A stretch of 64,000 bases of DNA, taken from NCBI GenBank assembly GCA_964439025.1, contig CAYTMW010000016.1, positions 9,216-73,215 of the forward strand. The letters run 5' to 3'. Below are positions 45,265-55,764 of the stretch, piece by piece (the first letter of the stretch is position 1; each line of letters starts with the position of its first letter). The position numbers were made by a program, and so were the translations under genes. The stretch comes from an uncultured Gemmatimonas sp. Its GTDB lineage: Bacteria; Gemmatimonadota; Gemmatimonadetes; Gemmatimonadales; GWC2-71-9. A model generated the notes under the pieces. The model ran no database searches and was not told the DNA's origin. It saw nothing but the letters and a program-made list of their open reading frames with translations.

Positions 45265-45974
45265 TCCTCTCCGTCGGCCGGATAAAGGATGACGCCGCAT
45301 CCCTCGCACGCGTCGATGTGCGTGCCGGCGCGGATCTGGCTTCGGCGATTCCTGGGGATCGAGGTGAAGCAGGCGCCGCACGCATCGCCCCGGAGCGCCA
45401 CAACCACGGTCGTGGCTCGCGAGGTCCACAGACGGTCGTAGCGATGCAGGAGGGTCCGCTCCACCGCCGAGGCGCTGGCCGACCGTACCTCGCTGGCGGC
45501 CGCGCGCGCCGCCTCCAGGGCTCGCCGCGCCTCGGCGAGACGCGCGCGCTCACCGGTCTGATCGCCTTCGAGGCCGGCGAGCCGCTGCTCCGCTTCGGCC
45601 ACCGCGGCCTCCTGCTGCTGGCTCACCTCCGCGGCCTTGACCCAGTCGCTCTCCTTGTTGGCGAGCGCCGATCGCGCGAGGTCCACCTCGGTCATCAGCG
45701 CCTGGACCTCGCGGGCGGTGCGGACCTGCTCGATCCTGGAGCGCCGCTTCTCCTGCTGGCTTCGCTGGGTCTCGATCACCCCTTCAAGCTCCTCCCGCCG
45801 GCTGACCCCATCGGCGTGTTTGCTCCGGGCGGCTTCCAGGTCGCTCCGAGCCCGGTCGAGCGCGGCGTCGAGCGCGGCGATTTCGTCGTCGAGCGCCTTG
45901 ATTTCCCGGTCGGTGGCGAGGAGCGCCAGGTCTTTCGCCTGCAGTTCGCGCAGTTTTTCCAGATCAGGATGCAT
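45261..45974 (-). CDS. coiled-coil / C4 zinc-ribbon protein (COG1579 family)
   Basis: A long coiled coil is followed by CGACFTSIP ... CEGCGVILY. Confidence 0.75.
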   Translation of the reverse strand: MHPDLEKLRELQAKDLALLATDREIKALDDEIAALDAALDRARSDLEAARSKHADGVSRREELEGVIETQRSQQEKRRSRIEQVRTAREVQALMTEVDLARSALANKESDWVKAAEVSQQQEAAVAEAEQRLAGLEGDQTGERARLAEARRALEAARAAASEVRSASASAVERTLLHRYDRLWTSRATTVVVALRGDACGACFTSIPRNRRSQIRAGTHIDACEGCGVILYPADGEE

Positions 45975-45980
45975 GACGCC

Positions 45981-47801
45981 TCAAGAGTGCGTGGAGTGAT
46001 CGGGTCCGGTCGGCCCGGGTGGGGAGCGACGAGTATCCTTGGCTGCAGCCTTGCGAATGATGAACCGCGTCCGCTGGTCGGGCGGAAGCGCTTTCAGCTG
46101 CTGCTGTCGCTCATCCACTGCGGAGACGGGAGCGAGGGAACGGGAAACGGCGCGGGCACGGAGCCCCTGCAGCGCGCCAACATAGACCTCGTCGAAGCTG
46201 ACGCCCGCGGCGCGCTCCTCGGTCGCGGACTGAAGCAGTCGCTGAAAGGCATCCTGCGCCTGAGGGGAGAGTCCGTCCAGCGCGGCGCTGGGCGGAGCGG
46301 AGGGCGACAGCGCGAGCACCGCCTCGAAGATCTCGCGACAGGACGGAACTTCGAACGTCTCGGGGGGGATCTCCTCCCGCGCGCGCTCGAGCCAGGCGCC
46401 GCCGGAGAGAATCGTCTTCAGCAATTGCTGTTCGAGCCGGGCTCCCGGATGCCGGCTCCGCCCGGGGAGCGCGGGGGATTGCGATCGCGGAGCCGGACCC
46501 GCGAGGCGCTCCGGCGGAGCCGGCGGCCGGGACGATTCCTCGCGCTCCAGCACCGCGCGTGACACGCCGGTACGCTCCGAGATGCGCCCGAGATAGAGAT
46601 CCCGCGCGATCGGATCGGCGGCCGCCCGGGCGGTCGGCAGGAGGCGGTCCAGCGCATCGCGGCGATGCTCCAGCCCCTCGAACCATCCCTTCCGCTCCAG
46701 CAGCTGGATCTTCCGGTCGAGAACGTCGACCGCGTCCTTGAGGATCGGCGTGAGCGCCGCCGCGCCGCCGCGCCGGACCAGCGTGTCGGGATCCTCGCCC
46801 TCGGACATGGTGGCGACCTTGACCCGCATGCCATGCCGGAGACACTCGTCGGCCGCGCGGAACGTCGCCCGGAGTCCGGCGGAATCGCTGTCGTAGAGGA
46901 GCAGCACGGCTTTGGCAAACCGACGCAGCAACGCGGCCTGGTCGGGCGTGAGAGCGGTGCCCATCGGCGCCACGACGTTGTCGGTGCCGGAGATCACCAG
47001 CCGGAGGACGTCGAAATACCCCTCGACCAGAATGACCTCCTCCTCGCGGCGGATCGCCTGCTTCGCCTCGTGGAGGTTGTAGAGCATCGTGCCCTTGTGG
47101 AAGATTCGCGTCTCGGGCGAATTGAGGTACTTGGGCTCCCCCTGCCCCAGGATCCGCCCGCCGAAGCCGACCACGCGGCCACGCAGATCGCGAATCGGGA
47201 AGAGGAGCCGCCCCCGGAAGCGGGGATTGATGGTGCCGTCATCCCGCTTGACCATGAGCCCCGCCTCAAGCAGCACACGCTCCTCGATGCCCAGCGTCTT
47301 CATCGCGTCCACGAATGCCGCGCCGCGCGGCGCGAACCCCAGCCCCTGCTCCCCGGCGACCTCCGGGGAGATCTCGCGGTCGGCCAGGTAGGCTCGCGCG
47401 GGACCGGCCTCGGGATCTTCTCGCAGCCGGGTGGCGAACCACTCCTGCGCCACCGCCGACGCGGTGAAGAGCGGCTCGCGGTCGTCCGGAGCTTCACGCG
47501 CGCCGCCCTCCGGGACGACGATTCCCACCTTGCGCGCCACCTCGCGCACGGCGGTGGGATAATCCATACCATGCTTCTTCATGAGATAGGTGAACACGTC
47601 GCCCGCCTCATGGCAGACGTAGCAGTAGTACATCCCTTTCTTGGGGATCACGGCAAAGTTGCGGTGGGTGCCGCCATGAAAAGGACAGGCGCCGCGCCAG
47701 TCCGAGCCGGCGCGCTTGAGCTGCACCGCCTCGCCGATGATGCCCACGAGATCCGCGGCATCGCGGATCTGCTCGATCAGCTCGTCAGCGATGCGGCTCA
47801 C
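45981..47801 (-). CDS. dnaG: DNA primase
   Basis: It has a zinc finger (CPFHGGTHRNFAVIPKKGMYYCYVCHEAGD) and a TOPRIM region (ILVEGYFD). Confidence 0.92.
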   Translation of the reverse strand: MSRIADELIEQIRDAADLVGIIGEAVQLKRAGSDWRGACPFHGGTHRNFAVIPKKGMYYCYVCHEAGDVFTYLMKKHGMDYPTAVREVARKVGIVVPEGGAREAPDDREPLFTASAVAQEWFATRLREDPEAGPARAYLADREISPEVAGEQGLGFAPRGAAFVDAMKTLGIEERVLLEAGLMVKRDDGTINPRFRGRLLFPIRDLRGRVVGFGGRILGQGEPKYLNSPETRIFHKGTMLYNLHEAKQAIRREEEVILVEGYFDVLRLVISGTDNVVAPMGTALTPDQAALLRRFAKAVLLLYDSDSAGLRATFRAADECLRHGMRVKVATMSEGEDPDTLVRRGGAAALTPILKDAVDVLDRKIQLLERKGWFEGLEHRRDALDRLLPTARAAADPIARDLYLGRISERTGVSRAVLEREESSRPPAPPERLAGPAPRSQSPALPGRSRHPGARLEQQLLKTILSGGAWLERAREEIPPETFEVPSCREIFEAVLALSPSAPPSAALDGLSPQAQDAFQRLLQSATEERAAGVSFDEVYVGALQGLRARAVSRSLAPVSAVDERQQQLKALPPDQRTRFIIRKAAAKDTRRSPPGPTGPDHSTHS

Positions 47802-50278
47802 GGCGCGAACTCCGCGATGGTGACGCCGGTGCCGCCCTGGTTGCGCGGCGCGAAATCGAACTTCGCGACCCGCCGGTCGGCGGAGAGCACCCGCCGCACC
47901 GTCTCCCGTACCACACCGGTTCCCATGCCGTGAATGATCCGGAGGAAGGGATTGTCGGCGAGGATCGCCGCGTCGAGGGCGGCGGTGGTAAGCGCAGCCG
48001 CTTCGTCGCCGCGCATGCCTCGGAGGTCGATCTCGAAGGAGCTTGGGAGCTGGGGAGCTAGGGAGCTGGGGCGTGTCGTCCCCCTGGCTCCCGAGCTCCC
48101 TGCCTCCCTAGCTCCCGGTACGGCGACGAGCGACTTCGCATCGACGACCAGCCTTACCGCGCCGGCCTGCACCACCGCCTTCCCATCCGACCGAAGCTCC
48201 ACCAGCTCACCGGTGCCCCCCGTCGCGAGCCTGACCCGCTGGCCCACCGCCACCGCGCCGGACCCGGCCGCCGACTCGGGCACCGCCACTTCCTGCAGCG
48301 CCTCCCCCTCGAGGCGAATGGCCTCTTCCAGCAGTCGGCGCGCTTCCCTGGCCTGGTCATCATCGGCCGCGTCCGACGCGGCGCGGAGCGCCTCCTCCAC
48401 GCGTTGGCGGGCGTCGAGCAGGAACTTCCGTGCCTCCGCGCGAGCCTTGCGCTCGGCGTCCCGCTCACGAGTCCGCAGGTCCGCGTCCCGCGCGCGCTGC
48501 AGCTCCGCCTCACGGGTCAGACGCGCCGTCTCCCGCTCCGCATCGGCCAGACGGGCGGTGAGCTGCTCCTGGTCGGCGGCGAGCTTCCGCTCGCGCGCCT
48601 CGGCAGCCTCGAGGAGGGCATCGAGCGATCGCTCCGTGCTGGAGACGCGGCTTTCCGCATCGGCGAGTACGGCTTCGTTGATGCCGAGTCGCCGGGCGAT
48701 GGCGAGTCCGTACGACCGGCCCGGCGTTCCCTTCTGGAAGCGGTAGGTCGGCGCGAGTCGCTCGGCGTCGAACTGCAGCGATCCGTTGACCACACCCTCC
48801 GTCTGGGTTGCCAGCGCCTTCAGCGCGCCCAGGTGCGTCGTCGCGATGGTGCGGGCGCCCCGGCGGGTCAGCGCGCGAAGGGCGGCGCCGGCGAGCGCGC
48901 CACCCTCGGCAGGGTCGGTCCCGCTCCCGATTTCATCGAGCAGGACCAGCGTTCCCGCGTCGGCATCCTCCAGCACACCGCGAAGGGTGGCGAGGTGCGC
49001 GCTGAAGGTGGAGAGGTCGGCCGCGATCGATTGGTGGTCGCCGATGTCGGCCGCCATCTGCCGGAAGACCGGGAGGATGCTCCCTGTTCCAACCGGAGGG
49101 GCGATGCCGCTCTGGGCCATCGCGGCGGCCAATCCGACCGTCTTGAGCAGCACCGTCTTCCCGCCCGTGTTAGGCCCGCTGATCAGGAGCGTGCGTTCCC
49201 GCTCATCGAGCGCGAGGTCGAACGGTACCACGTCGACGCCGCGGCCGAGCAGCAGCGGGTGCCGGGCGCTCTGCAGCACGAGTCCCGCCCCTGCCGGGGC
49301 GATGGCGGGAACGCTTCCGTTCACGCCGCGGGCATAGCGCGCCCGCGCGACCAGGTCGTCGAGCGCCACGCACATCTCGTGCGCGCCGCGGAGGAGATCA
49401 GCGTGGGGGCGCAGCAGCTCGGTGAGCTCGCGCAGCACCCGCAGCGCTTCCCGCTCGGCATCTGCCATCGCCTCGCGGAGGGCGTTGCCGAGCTCGATGG
49501 CGGCGGTCGGCTCGATAAAGAGCGTCCCGGCGCTGGCCGATTCGTCATGGACGATGCCATCGGGACGGCCGCGGGAATCGCGACGGACTGGAATGACGTA
49601 GCGCCCGTTCCGCATGGTGACGGCGGCGGCTCCCCCCGCGACGGCGGCATCGAGTCCGCGCTGGATCGCCTCCAGCTTCTTGACCAGGCGTTCGCGGGCG
49701 TGGTGCACTTCGCGCCGCGCGCGGAGCAGACCGGGGCTCGCCGAATCAAGGAGCTCACCCTGCGCGTCCACCGACTGGCCCAGCCGGCGCTCGATGGTCG
49801 GCTCGGGAACCGGGGCGCGCAGCAAGGCAGCGCGCGGCGCCTCCTCGGCGATGCGCTTGAGCTCGCCCGCAGCATCGCGCGCCGCGGCCAGGGTGCGGTG
49901 AATGGCCGCGAGCTCGTGTCCCTCGAGGACGCTGCCTTCGAGCCTGAGGCGGCCGATGACTCCGCGCAGGGAAGGAACCGGAAACGCATCCACGACCCCG
50001 CCCCGGCCGAAGAACGACAGCAGCTCGGCCACCGGGGCCAGCTCGCCTTCGATCCAGTCGCGATCCGCCGAGGGGCGGCGCGCGCGAACCCGCTCGGCTC
50101 CGAGCTCACCTGCGGCGTGACCGGCGACCAGATCGAGAACGCGATCGAACTCGAGAACCTCCAGTGCCGCGAGGGATCCCTCGCCCGCCAAAGGAGACGG
50201 GGTGTCGGCGCTCCTCTGCGCCGACACCCCGTTCCGGGTTGCTTCCGATTCCAGGCCGGTCATCCGGCGTGGAAACAT
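47798..50278 (-). CDS. mutS2: endonuclease MutS2 (MutS core + C-terminal Smr)
   Basis: ORF 47798..50293 (TTG); ATG 50278 is the likely start. It has Walker A GPNTGGKT and a C-terminal Smr domain (EIDLRGMRGDEA...IIHGMGTGVVRE). Confidence 0.9.
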   Translation of the reverse strand: MFPRRMTGLESEATRNGVSAQRSADTPSPLAGEGSLAALEVLEFDRVLDLVAGHAAGELGAERVRARRPSADRDWIEGELAPVAELLSFFGRGGVVDAFPVPSLRGVIGRLRLEGSVLEGHELAAIHRTLAAARDAAGELKRIAEEAPRAALLRAPVPEPTIERRLGQSVDAQGELLDSASPGLLRARREVHHARERLVKKLEAIQRGLDAAVAGGAAAVTMRNGRYVIPVRRDSRGRPDGIVHDESASAGTLFIEPTAAIELGNALREAMADAEREALRVLRELTELLRPHADLLRGAHEMCVALDDLVARARYARGVNGSVPAIAPAGAGLVLQSARHPLLLGRGVDVVPFDLALDERERTLLISGPNTGGKTVLLKTVGLAAAMAQSGIAPPVGTGSILPVFRQMAADIGDHQSIAADLSTFSAHLATLRGVLEDADAGTLVLLDEIGSGTDPAEGGALAGAALRALTRRGARTIATTHLGALKALATQTEGVVNGSLQFDAERLAPTYRFQKGTPGRSYGLAIARRLGINEAVLADAESRVSSTERSLDALLEAAEARERKLAADQEQLTARLADAERETARLTREAELQRARDADLRTRERDAERKARAEARKFLLDARQRVEEALRAASDAADDDQAREARRLLEEAIRLEGEALQEVAVPESAAGSGAVAVGQRVRLATGGTGELVELRSDGKAVVQAGAVRLVVDAKSLVAVPGAREAGSSGARGTTRPSSLAPQLPSSFEIDLRGMRGDEAAALTTAALDAAILADNPFLRIIHGMGTGVVRETVRRVLSADRRVAKFDFAPRNQGGTGVTIAEFAP
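48038..48116. repeat. hairpin with arms of four tandem GGGAGCTN octamers, in frame inside mutS2
   Basis: GGAGCTTGGGAGCTGGGGAGCTAGGGAGCTGGGG ... CCCCTGGCTCCCGAGCTCCCTGCCTCCCTAGCTCCC. Confidence 0.75.
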
Positions 50279-50366
50279 GTCAGGTTGAGACAAAGCATCG
50301 GTCGCGTAGGCCTAAGTACTTGAAGTGACGGAACATAGCCTCGCTGCCATCGGGAGACAAGGGCAC

Positions 50367-50714
50367 TCATCCCGGAGGCCACTTCATCAGTCGCCCACCG
50401 AGGACGTGGACGTGCAGGTGTCCCACCGACTGTCCCCCCTCTCTGCCGACGTTCATGACGAGGCGGTATCCGGTATCGGCAAGCCCGAGCTGCCGCGCGA
50501 CCTGCACCGCCAGGCGCAGTGTTCCGGCCAGGATTCGTTCGCCATCGTTGCTGTCGGTCGCGGCGGCATTGTCCACGTGGGTGACCGGCACGACAAGGAA
50601 ATGCACCGGCGCCTGGGGATTCAGGTCGTGAAACGCGACGGCCCCCGCGGATCGGGCTACTTCCTTCGCGGGTATTTCGCCGTTCACGATCCGGCAGAAG
50701 ATGCAATCACTCAC
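50367..50714 (-). CDS. HIT-family (histidine triad) protein
   Basis: ORF 50367..50924 trimmed to GTG 50714 (VSDCIFCRIVNGEIPA). The histidine triad is HLHVHVLGG. Confidence 0.85.
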   Translation of the reverse strand: MSDCIFCRIVNGEIPAKEVARSAGAVAFHDLNPQAPVHFLVVPVTHVDNAAATDSNDGERILAGTLRLAVQVARQLGLADTGYRLVMNVGREGGQSVGHLHVHVLGGRLMKWPPG

Positions 50715-51420
50715 GAGACCTCCGGGGTCGCTGGCTGGCGACGACGGCCGCGGCGGCGAGCGCGGCGGTTTCGAAACGCAGCAGGTCCGGGGCGAGACGA
50801 ACCCGCCGGAAGCCCGCGGCGAGAAATACTTCCCGCTCGGCCGGAATGAGCCCGCCCTCCGGCCCCACGACCACCACGAGCGGAACGTTGGGCGGAAGCT
50901 CGGGAGGCGACTCGCCGGTCGCATCGGCGAGCCAGCGGTACTCCGGATCGCCCTGCGATGCCGCGAACTTCACGTCCACCGGCGGCCCGACATGCGGGGC
51001 CCACCCGGCGCCGGATTGCTTGATCGCCTGCCGGGCCCGCCGTTGCAGCGCCAGCACGTGGCCCTCCCGAATTCCCGCCGCAACGCTGCGGGTCCGTTCT
51101 GCCTTGAGCGGCAGCAGCTCGGTCACGCCGAGCTCGGCGGATTTTTCCGCGAGCCAGCCAAAGCGCTCCTTGTCGCCCGCGCCCACGACCAGCGCGAACC
51201 GGGGCGGGGCCGGAATGACCTGCACCCGCTCGACCCGCACGGCGAAGTCCCCCCCGACACGCACCAGCACCCCTTCGGCGATCGTGCCGGCGCCATCGAG
51301 CGCGCGCACCCGTTCTTCTTCGGCGGCGCGGCGCACCCGAAGATGGTGCCGCTCTTCCTCGTCGAGGGAAACAATCGCGCCGACGACCAGCGCGCCCTGC
51401 GGTGCCAGGACCGAATGCAC
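50707..51420 (-). CDS. rsmE: 16S rRNA (uracil1498-N3)-methyltransferase
   Basis: ORF 50707..51480 trimmed to GTG 51420. It contains HHLRVRR and the C-terminal SPOUT knot LRFETAALAA. Confidence 0.8.
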   Translation of the reverse strand: MHSVLAPQGALVVGAIVSLDEEERHHLRVRRAAEEERVRALDGAGTIAEGVLVRVGGDFAVRVERVQVIPAPPRFALVVGAGDKERFGWLAEKSAELGVTELLPLKAERTRSVAAGIREGHVLALQRRARQAIKQSGAGWAPHVGPPVDVKFAASQGDPEYRWLADATGESPPELPPNVPLVVVVGPEGGLIPAEREVFLAAGFRRVRLAPDLLRFETAALAAAAVVASQRPRRSRE

Positions 51421-51421
51421 C

Positions 51422-52252
51422 TCAGCGCCTGCGGCCCGCGACGCCCCACCACGCGTCATCCACGACCTCGTCCAGCACATCGAACCCGACGTCGCAGAGC
51501 GCGGGCAGGAAGAGCTCGCGCTCCGGGACCTCCATCCCGGCGAAGATCGCCAGACCTCCGGGCCGGAGCGAGGAATGGATGACGGGCAGGAGCGTGATGT
51601 TGACCGAGCGGAGAATGTTGGAGATTACGATCTCCACCGGCCCGAGTAGCGGTGCCAGCGCTGCGGCGTCGCCGGTCACGAAGCGAACCCGGTCGTCGAC
51701 GCCGTTCTTCACCGCATTGGCGGTGGCGATCGGGTCGACCTCGTCGTCGACCTCGACGCCGGTTGCCTGGGACGCGCCGAGCTTGACGGCGGCGATGGCG
51801 AGAATACCGCTGCCACTCCCGAGGTCAATCACGCGGTCTCCAGGGCGAAGGTGACGCTCCAGAAGCGCGAGCGCGGCGCGCGTCGAGCCGTGCTCTCCGG
51901 TGCCGAACGCGCTTTCGGGATCGATGACCACGGTGGGAGAATCCGGCGCGGCGTCCGCGGTCCAGCTCGGCGTGACCGTGAGCCGTCCGATGGTGCGCGG
52001 GCCCAGCCCGTCCTTCCAGCGGGCGCTCCAATCGATCTCGGGGAGGGGGCGGGTCCGTCCCTCGACTCCGCGGCCGAATGTCGCGTGCAGCCCCTTCACG
52101 AGCTCAAGGGCGGCGACCTCGTTCTCCGAGAAGCCCACCAGCGTGCCGTCCTCCCGCTCCTCGACCGCCTGGCCGGTCTGTCCCACGAGCCAGCTCGAGA
52201 CGGCGTCACGGGAGTCGCCGGGACTCCGAACGTCCACCGCGCACCAGCTCAT
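51422..52252 (-). CDS. prmA: ribosomal protein L11 methyltransferase
   Basis: [10 protein letters not shown] and [15 protein letters not shown] are present. Confidence 0.85.
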   Translation of the reverse strand: MSWCAVDVRSPGDSRDAVSSWLVGQTGQAVEEREDGTLVGFSENEVAALELVKGLHATFGRGVEGRTRPLPEIDWSARWKDGLGPRTIGRLTVTPSWTADAAPDSPTVVIDPESAFGTGEHGSTRAALALLERHLRPGDRVIDLGSGSGILAIAAVKLGASQATGVEVDDEVDPIATANAVKNGVDDRVRFVTGDAAALAPLLGPVEIVISNILRSVNITLLPVIHSSLRPGGLAIFAGMEVPERELFLPALCDVGFDVLDEVVDDAWWGVAGRRR

Positions 52253-53373
52253 GCGCCGAGCGCTTCCTTGAGGCGGGACCAGAAAGTGTTGTTTTCCTTG
52301 GGCGGGGGACCCTCGACGCGCTGAAATTCTTCGAGGAGCCGCCGCTGCTCGCCGGTCAGGTTCTGCGGGGTCCAGACGTGGAGACGCACGTTGAGATCGC
52401 CGACGCCGTGCTGTCCCAGGTGGGGGAGCCCTTTCCCCTTGATCCGAAGCACCGTGGCCGATTGCACCCCGGGCGGAACGGCGAGCCGCTCATTGCCATA
52501 GGGAGTGGGAACGGTGACACTCGTTCCGAGCGCCGCCTGGCTGAACGAAAGCGGGAGATCGATGCTCAGGTCGTCGCCATGGCGCTCGAACCGGTCATCG
52601 TCCTTGACCTCGATGGTGATGAGCAGGTCGCCCGCGGGGCCATTGCGCGGCCCGGCAGCGCCCTGCCCGCGGAGCGTGATGTAGTTGTTGCTGGAGACGC
52701 CGGCGGGAATGTCCACCGGCACGGCGCGCTCCCCGCGCACCCGGGCATCTCCGCGGCAGACCTCGCAGGGATCGGTGATGATGGTGCCTTCGCCGCCGCA
52801 GGTGGGACAGGAGGACACCGAAACAAACTGGCCGAACATGCTGCGCGTCGCCCGGCGGACTTCCCCGCTCCCGGCGCACGTCGTGCACGGCGCCGGCCGC
52901 GTCCCGCTCTTCCCCCCGGTGCCGGAGCAGGCGTCGCAGCGGAGCATGGTCTTGACCTTGACGGTGCGCTTCGCGCCGGTCGCGACCTCCTGGAGCTGCA
53001 GCTTGACGGCGACCCGGATATCCTGGCCACGGCGCGACTCGGCCTGGCTCCGCCCGCCTCCGAAGAGCGACTCGAATCCACCGCCGCCCCCGAAGTCCCG
53101 CATGAAGATACTGAGCGCTTCGGCCAGATCGACGTGATGGAATCCCCCGGCGCCACCGCGCAGCCCGGCCTCGCCGTAGCGATCGTAGGCGGCCCGCTTG
53201 TCCTCGTCGCACAGCACCTCGTACGCCTCAGCGATCTGTTTGAAGCGGGCCTCCGCCTCCGGCGCCGGGTTGCGGTCGGGATGGAATTCCATCGCAAGCT
53301 TGCGATAGGCGCGTTTGATTTCGACCTCGGTGGCATCGCGCGACACGCCCAGCAGCTTGTAGAAGTCGCTCAC
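52249..53373 (-). CDS. dnaJ: molecular chaperone DnaJ
   Basis: J domain with HPD ([33 protein letters not shown]), a G/F region, and four CxxCxGxG zinc motifs. Confidence 0.95.
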   Translation of the reverse strand: MSDFYKLLGVSRDATEVEIKRAYRKLAMEFHPDRNPAPEAEARFKQIAEAYEVLCDEDKRAAYDRYGEAGLRGGAGGFHHVDLAEALSIFMRDFGGGGGFESLFGGGRSQAESRRGQDIRVAVKLQLQEVATGAKRTVKVKTMLRCDACSGTGGKSGTRPAPCTTCAGSGEVRRATRSMFGQFVSVSSCPTCGGEGTIITDPCEVCRGDARVRGERAVPVDIPAGVSSNNYITLRGQGAAGPRNGPAGDLLITIEVKDDDRFERHGDDLSIDLPLSFSQAALGTSVTVPTPYGNERLAVPPGVQSATVLRIKGKGLPHLGQHGVGDLNVRLHVWTPQNLTGEQRRLLEEFQRVEGPPPKENNTFWSRLKEALGA

Positions 53374-54410
53374 TCCATCAGCCCTTCCACCATGCGGCTG
53401 GTGTGCTCCACCAGCCCGATGATCTTGTCGTAGGGCATGCGGGTCGGCCCCAGCACCCCGATGACACCGCTCACGCTGCCGCTCCGGTAGGCCGACGTCA
53501 CCAGGGTGAACTCGGTGAGCCGGGGATCGCTGTTCTCGCTCCCGATCGTAATGGTCAGCCCGCGGCGATGGTGCTCGAGGAACGCCTGCCGCAGCACGTC
53601 ACGCCGCTCGGTCAGGTCGAGGAGGTTCCGCATTCGGCCGTTGGAGGCGAACTCCGGCTGCTCGGCGAGGGGCTGCGCGCTCCCCAGCACCACCGTGCCC
53701 TGTTCATCGGAAAAATCGAAGAGATCCTCGCCCTGGGCAACGAAGATATTGAGCAGCTCGCCGCCGTGCCGCGCGCTGTCGGCGTCGCGAAGGCGCTCGA
53801 CCATGCTGCCGCGGATTTCCCGCAGCGAGAGCCCCGCGAGACGCTCGTTGAGCAGCCGGGAGACATGCTCCACCACCTCGGGCGCGACCGCGGCGGGCAC
53901 CTCGACGAAAATGGTGCGCACCAGGCCGCTCTGCAGCGTCAGCACCGCCAGGAGACGCGCACTGCTCAGCCGAACCAGCTCGAGCCGCTCGAGCACCAGC
54001 TCGTCGAGCGTCGGGGCGATGGCAACGCCAAGTTCCTGGGTCAGCACGCCGAGCACCTGGGCGGCGCGGCGGAGGATCTCGTCGATCGGATTGCGGGAGC
54101 CGGGACGAATTTCGCTTTCGAGCTGCACCCGCGCGCTCTCGAGGACCGGAGCCGGCCGCAGCAGCCGGTTGACGTAGAGCCGGTACCCTTGGTCGGTGGG
54201 GATGCGCCCCCCCGAGGTGTGGGCGTGGAAGAGAAAGCCTCGCGCTTCGAGCTCGCCCATCGTGCTGCGGACCGAGGCCGGGGAAATCCCCAGCCGGGAC
54301 CGCTTGGCAACCGCCTGGCTTCCGGCGGGTTGCGCGGTCTCGACGAAGATTTCGATAACCGCTTCGAGCACCCGAAACTGACGCTCGCTCAGGCCTTCAG
54401 CACTCTGCAT
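53370..54410 (-). CDS. hrcA: heat-inducible transcription repressor HrcA
   Basis: [31 protein letters not shown]... at the N-terminus and [13 protein letters not shown] near the C-terminus. Confidence 0.9.
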   Translation of the reverse strand: MQSAEGLSERQFRVLEAVIEIFVETAQPAGSQAVAKRSRLGISPASVRSTMGELEARGFLFHAHTSGGRIPTDQGYRLYVNRLLRPAPVLESARVQLESEIRPGSRNPIDEILRRAAQVLGVLTQELGVAIAPTLDELVLERLELVRLSSARLLAVLTLQSGLVRTIFVEVPAAVAPEVVEHVSRLLNERLAGLSLREIRGSMVERLRDADSARHGGELLNIFVAQGEDLFDFSDEQGTVVLGSAQPLAEQPEFASNGRMRNLLDLTERRDVLRQAFLEHHRRGLTITIGSENSDPRLTEFTLVTSAYRSGSVSGVIGVLGPTRMPYDKIIGLVEHTSRMVEGLME

Positions 54411-54420
54411 AACAGGAAAT

Positions 54421-55527
54421 CTAGCAACGACTTAGGCTTGCCACCAGCGCGTCGAGTCTAAGCCACCCCTCGGGGGTCAATACCACCCGGGATTCCCGCA
54501 CCAGCGCCCACCGCGCCACAATCCATCTATCCAACACGTCCGGCGGAAGTCGAGTGACCGCCAATCCGTCGGTCGTCCGGAGTCCGAGGTAAAGATCCTC
54601 GAGTTGGACCTGTTCCTCGTCGAGGGTTTCCTGCTCCTGCATGAGCGCCTCTCCCGCTTCCGCGCGGCGGCGGTACTCCTCCCACTCGCGGACATTCCAG
54701 CGACGAAGTGACCCAAAGCCGCTGTGCGCGGAGGGCCCCAGCCCGATGAAGGGCGCCCGCCGCCAGTAGGCTGAATTGTGCCGCGCACGGTAACCGGGCC
54801 GCCCGGCGTTGCTGACTTCGTAGTGGTCGAATCCCGCCCTCTCCAGCCGGGCATGCGCGGCGAGATACTCGGCGGCCGCGTGATCGTCGTCGAGGGAGAG
54901 GCTCTCCCCGCGCGCGGTCCACTTGCCGAGCGGGGTCGCGCGCTCCACGGTCAGTCCGTACAGCGAGAGATGGGTCGGCTCGAGGGCAAGAGCGCGGTCC
55001 AGATCGTCGGCCCAATCGCGCCCCAGCGCCGGCGGGACGGCATAGATCAGGTCGAGTGAGATGTCGGTGAATCCCGCCGAGCGGAGCCGCTGCATCGCCA
55101 CACCGATCTGCACGGCGTCATGGGTCCGGTGCATCCACTCGAGGACACCGGGGTCGAAGGACTGCGCGCCGAGGGAGATTCGGGTGATCCCCGCGTCCCG
55201 CCACGCACCGGCGCTCGAAGCGGTCACGTCATCGGGATTGGCCTCGAGCGTCACTTCGGCTCCCGGGGTGACGGCGCGGTCCGTGCGGAAGAGATCGAGT
55301 AATCGGGTGATCGATGCCGGATCCAGACGGGACGGTGTGCCGCCGCCAAAATAGATCGTGTCGAGCGCAGGGGACCCGTTCCACGCGGCGTGATCCTGCC
55401 ATCCCGCCCACTCCCGCTCCACCCCCTCCGCGTACTCTGCGGAAGGCACCTCGCGGCGAACTGCGATGGCAAAATCGCAGTAGCTGCAGCGGCGGGCGCA
55501 AAACGGCACGTGCACGTAGAGGTGCAT
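54421..55527 (-). CDS. hemW: radical SAM heme chaperone HemW (HemN-like)
   Basis: MHLYVHVPFCARRCSYCDFA (CxxxCxxC) and the overall HemN-like C-terminus. Confidence 0.85.
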   Translation of the reverse strand: MHLYVHVPFCARRCSYCDFAIAVRREVPSAEYAEGVEREWAGWQDHAAWNGSPALDTIYFGGGTPSRLDPASITRLLDLFRTDRAVTPGAEVTLEANPDDVTASSAGAWRDAGITRISLGAQSFDPGVLEWMHRTHDAVQIGVAMQRLRSAGFTDISLDLIYAVPPALGRDWADDLDRALALEPTHLSLYGLTVERATPLGKWTARGESLSLDDDHAAAEYLAAHARLERAGFDHYEVSNAGRPGYRARHNSAYWRRAPFIGLGPSAHSGFGSLRRWNVREWEEYRRRAEAGEALMQEQETLDEEQVQLEDLYLGLRTTDGLAVTRLPPDVLDRWIVARWALVRESRVVLTPEGWLRLDALVASLSRC

Positions 55528-55535
55528 GGACTGAA

Positions 55536-55563
55536 AGCTATCAGCTATCAGCTATCAGCTAGC
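55536..55563 (+). repeat. tandem heptamer (AGCTATC x3 + AGCTAGC)
   Basis: It lies directly between the hemW start and REP/repeat copy B. Confidence 0.7.
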
Positions 55564-55571
55564 GGTCAGGT

Positions 55572-55740
55572 GTCACGCTGAGCGCAGCGAAGGGGCGGAC
55601 CCCCGTGTCTCTCCGCGGACTCGGGAGCGGGCTGCCCTCCGGGGGCGCTCGAGTTCGCTACGCTCACTAGCACCCCCGTCGTCAGCCCGCCCCCTGCGCC
55701 CGCTGAAGGTCGCGCTGACCATCGCCCGGGGGTGAGACTG
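55572..55740 (-). repeat. ~170-bp dispersed structured repeat, copy B (hemW-dprA spacer)
   Basis: Inverted copy of 8105-8287. It begins with the REP core GTCACGCTGAGCGCAGCGAAGGGG (55572-55595). Confidence 0.8.
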
Positions 55741-55764
55741 CTGTTCCCGTTCACGCTTCACCGT

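Noticed and set aside
54395-54410. CIRCE-like half site (GAGTGCTGA on the minus strand) at the hrcA start codon.
   Set aside because: Only one half matches (8/9). The required partner 9 nt upstream matches 3/9. The match arises from the codons ATG CAG AGT GCT GAA.
55536-55563. Short tandem repeats (here, 15660-15687 and 17437-17466) considered as CRISPR or minisatellite arrays.
   Set aside because: The units are 7 nt with no spacers and only 3-4 copies. They are not CRISPR.
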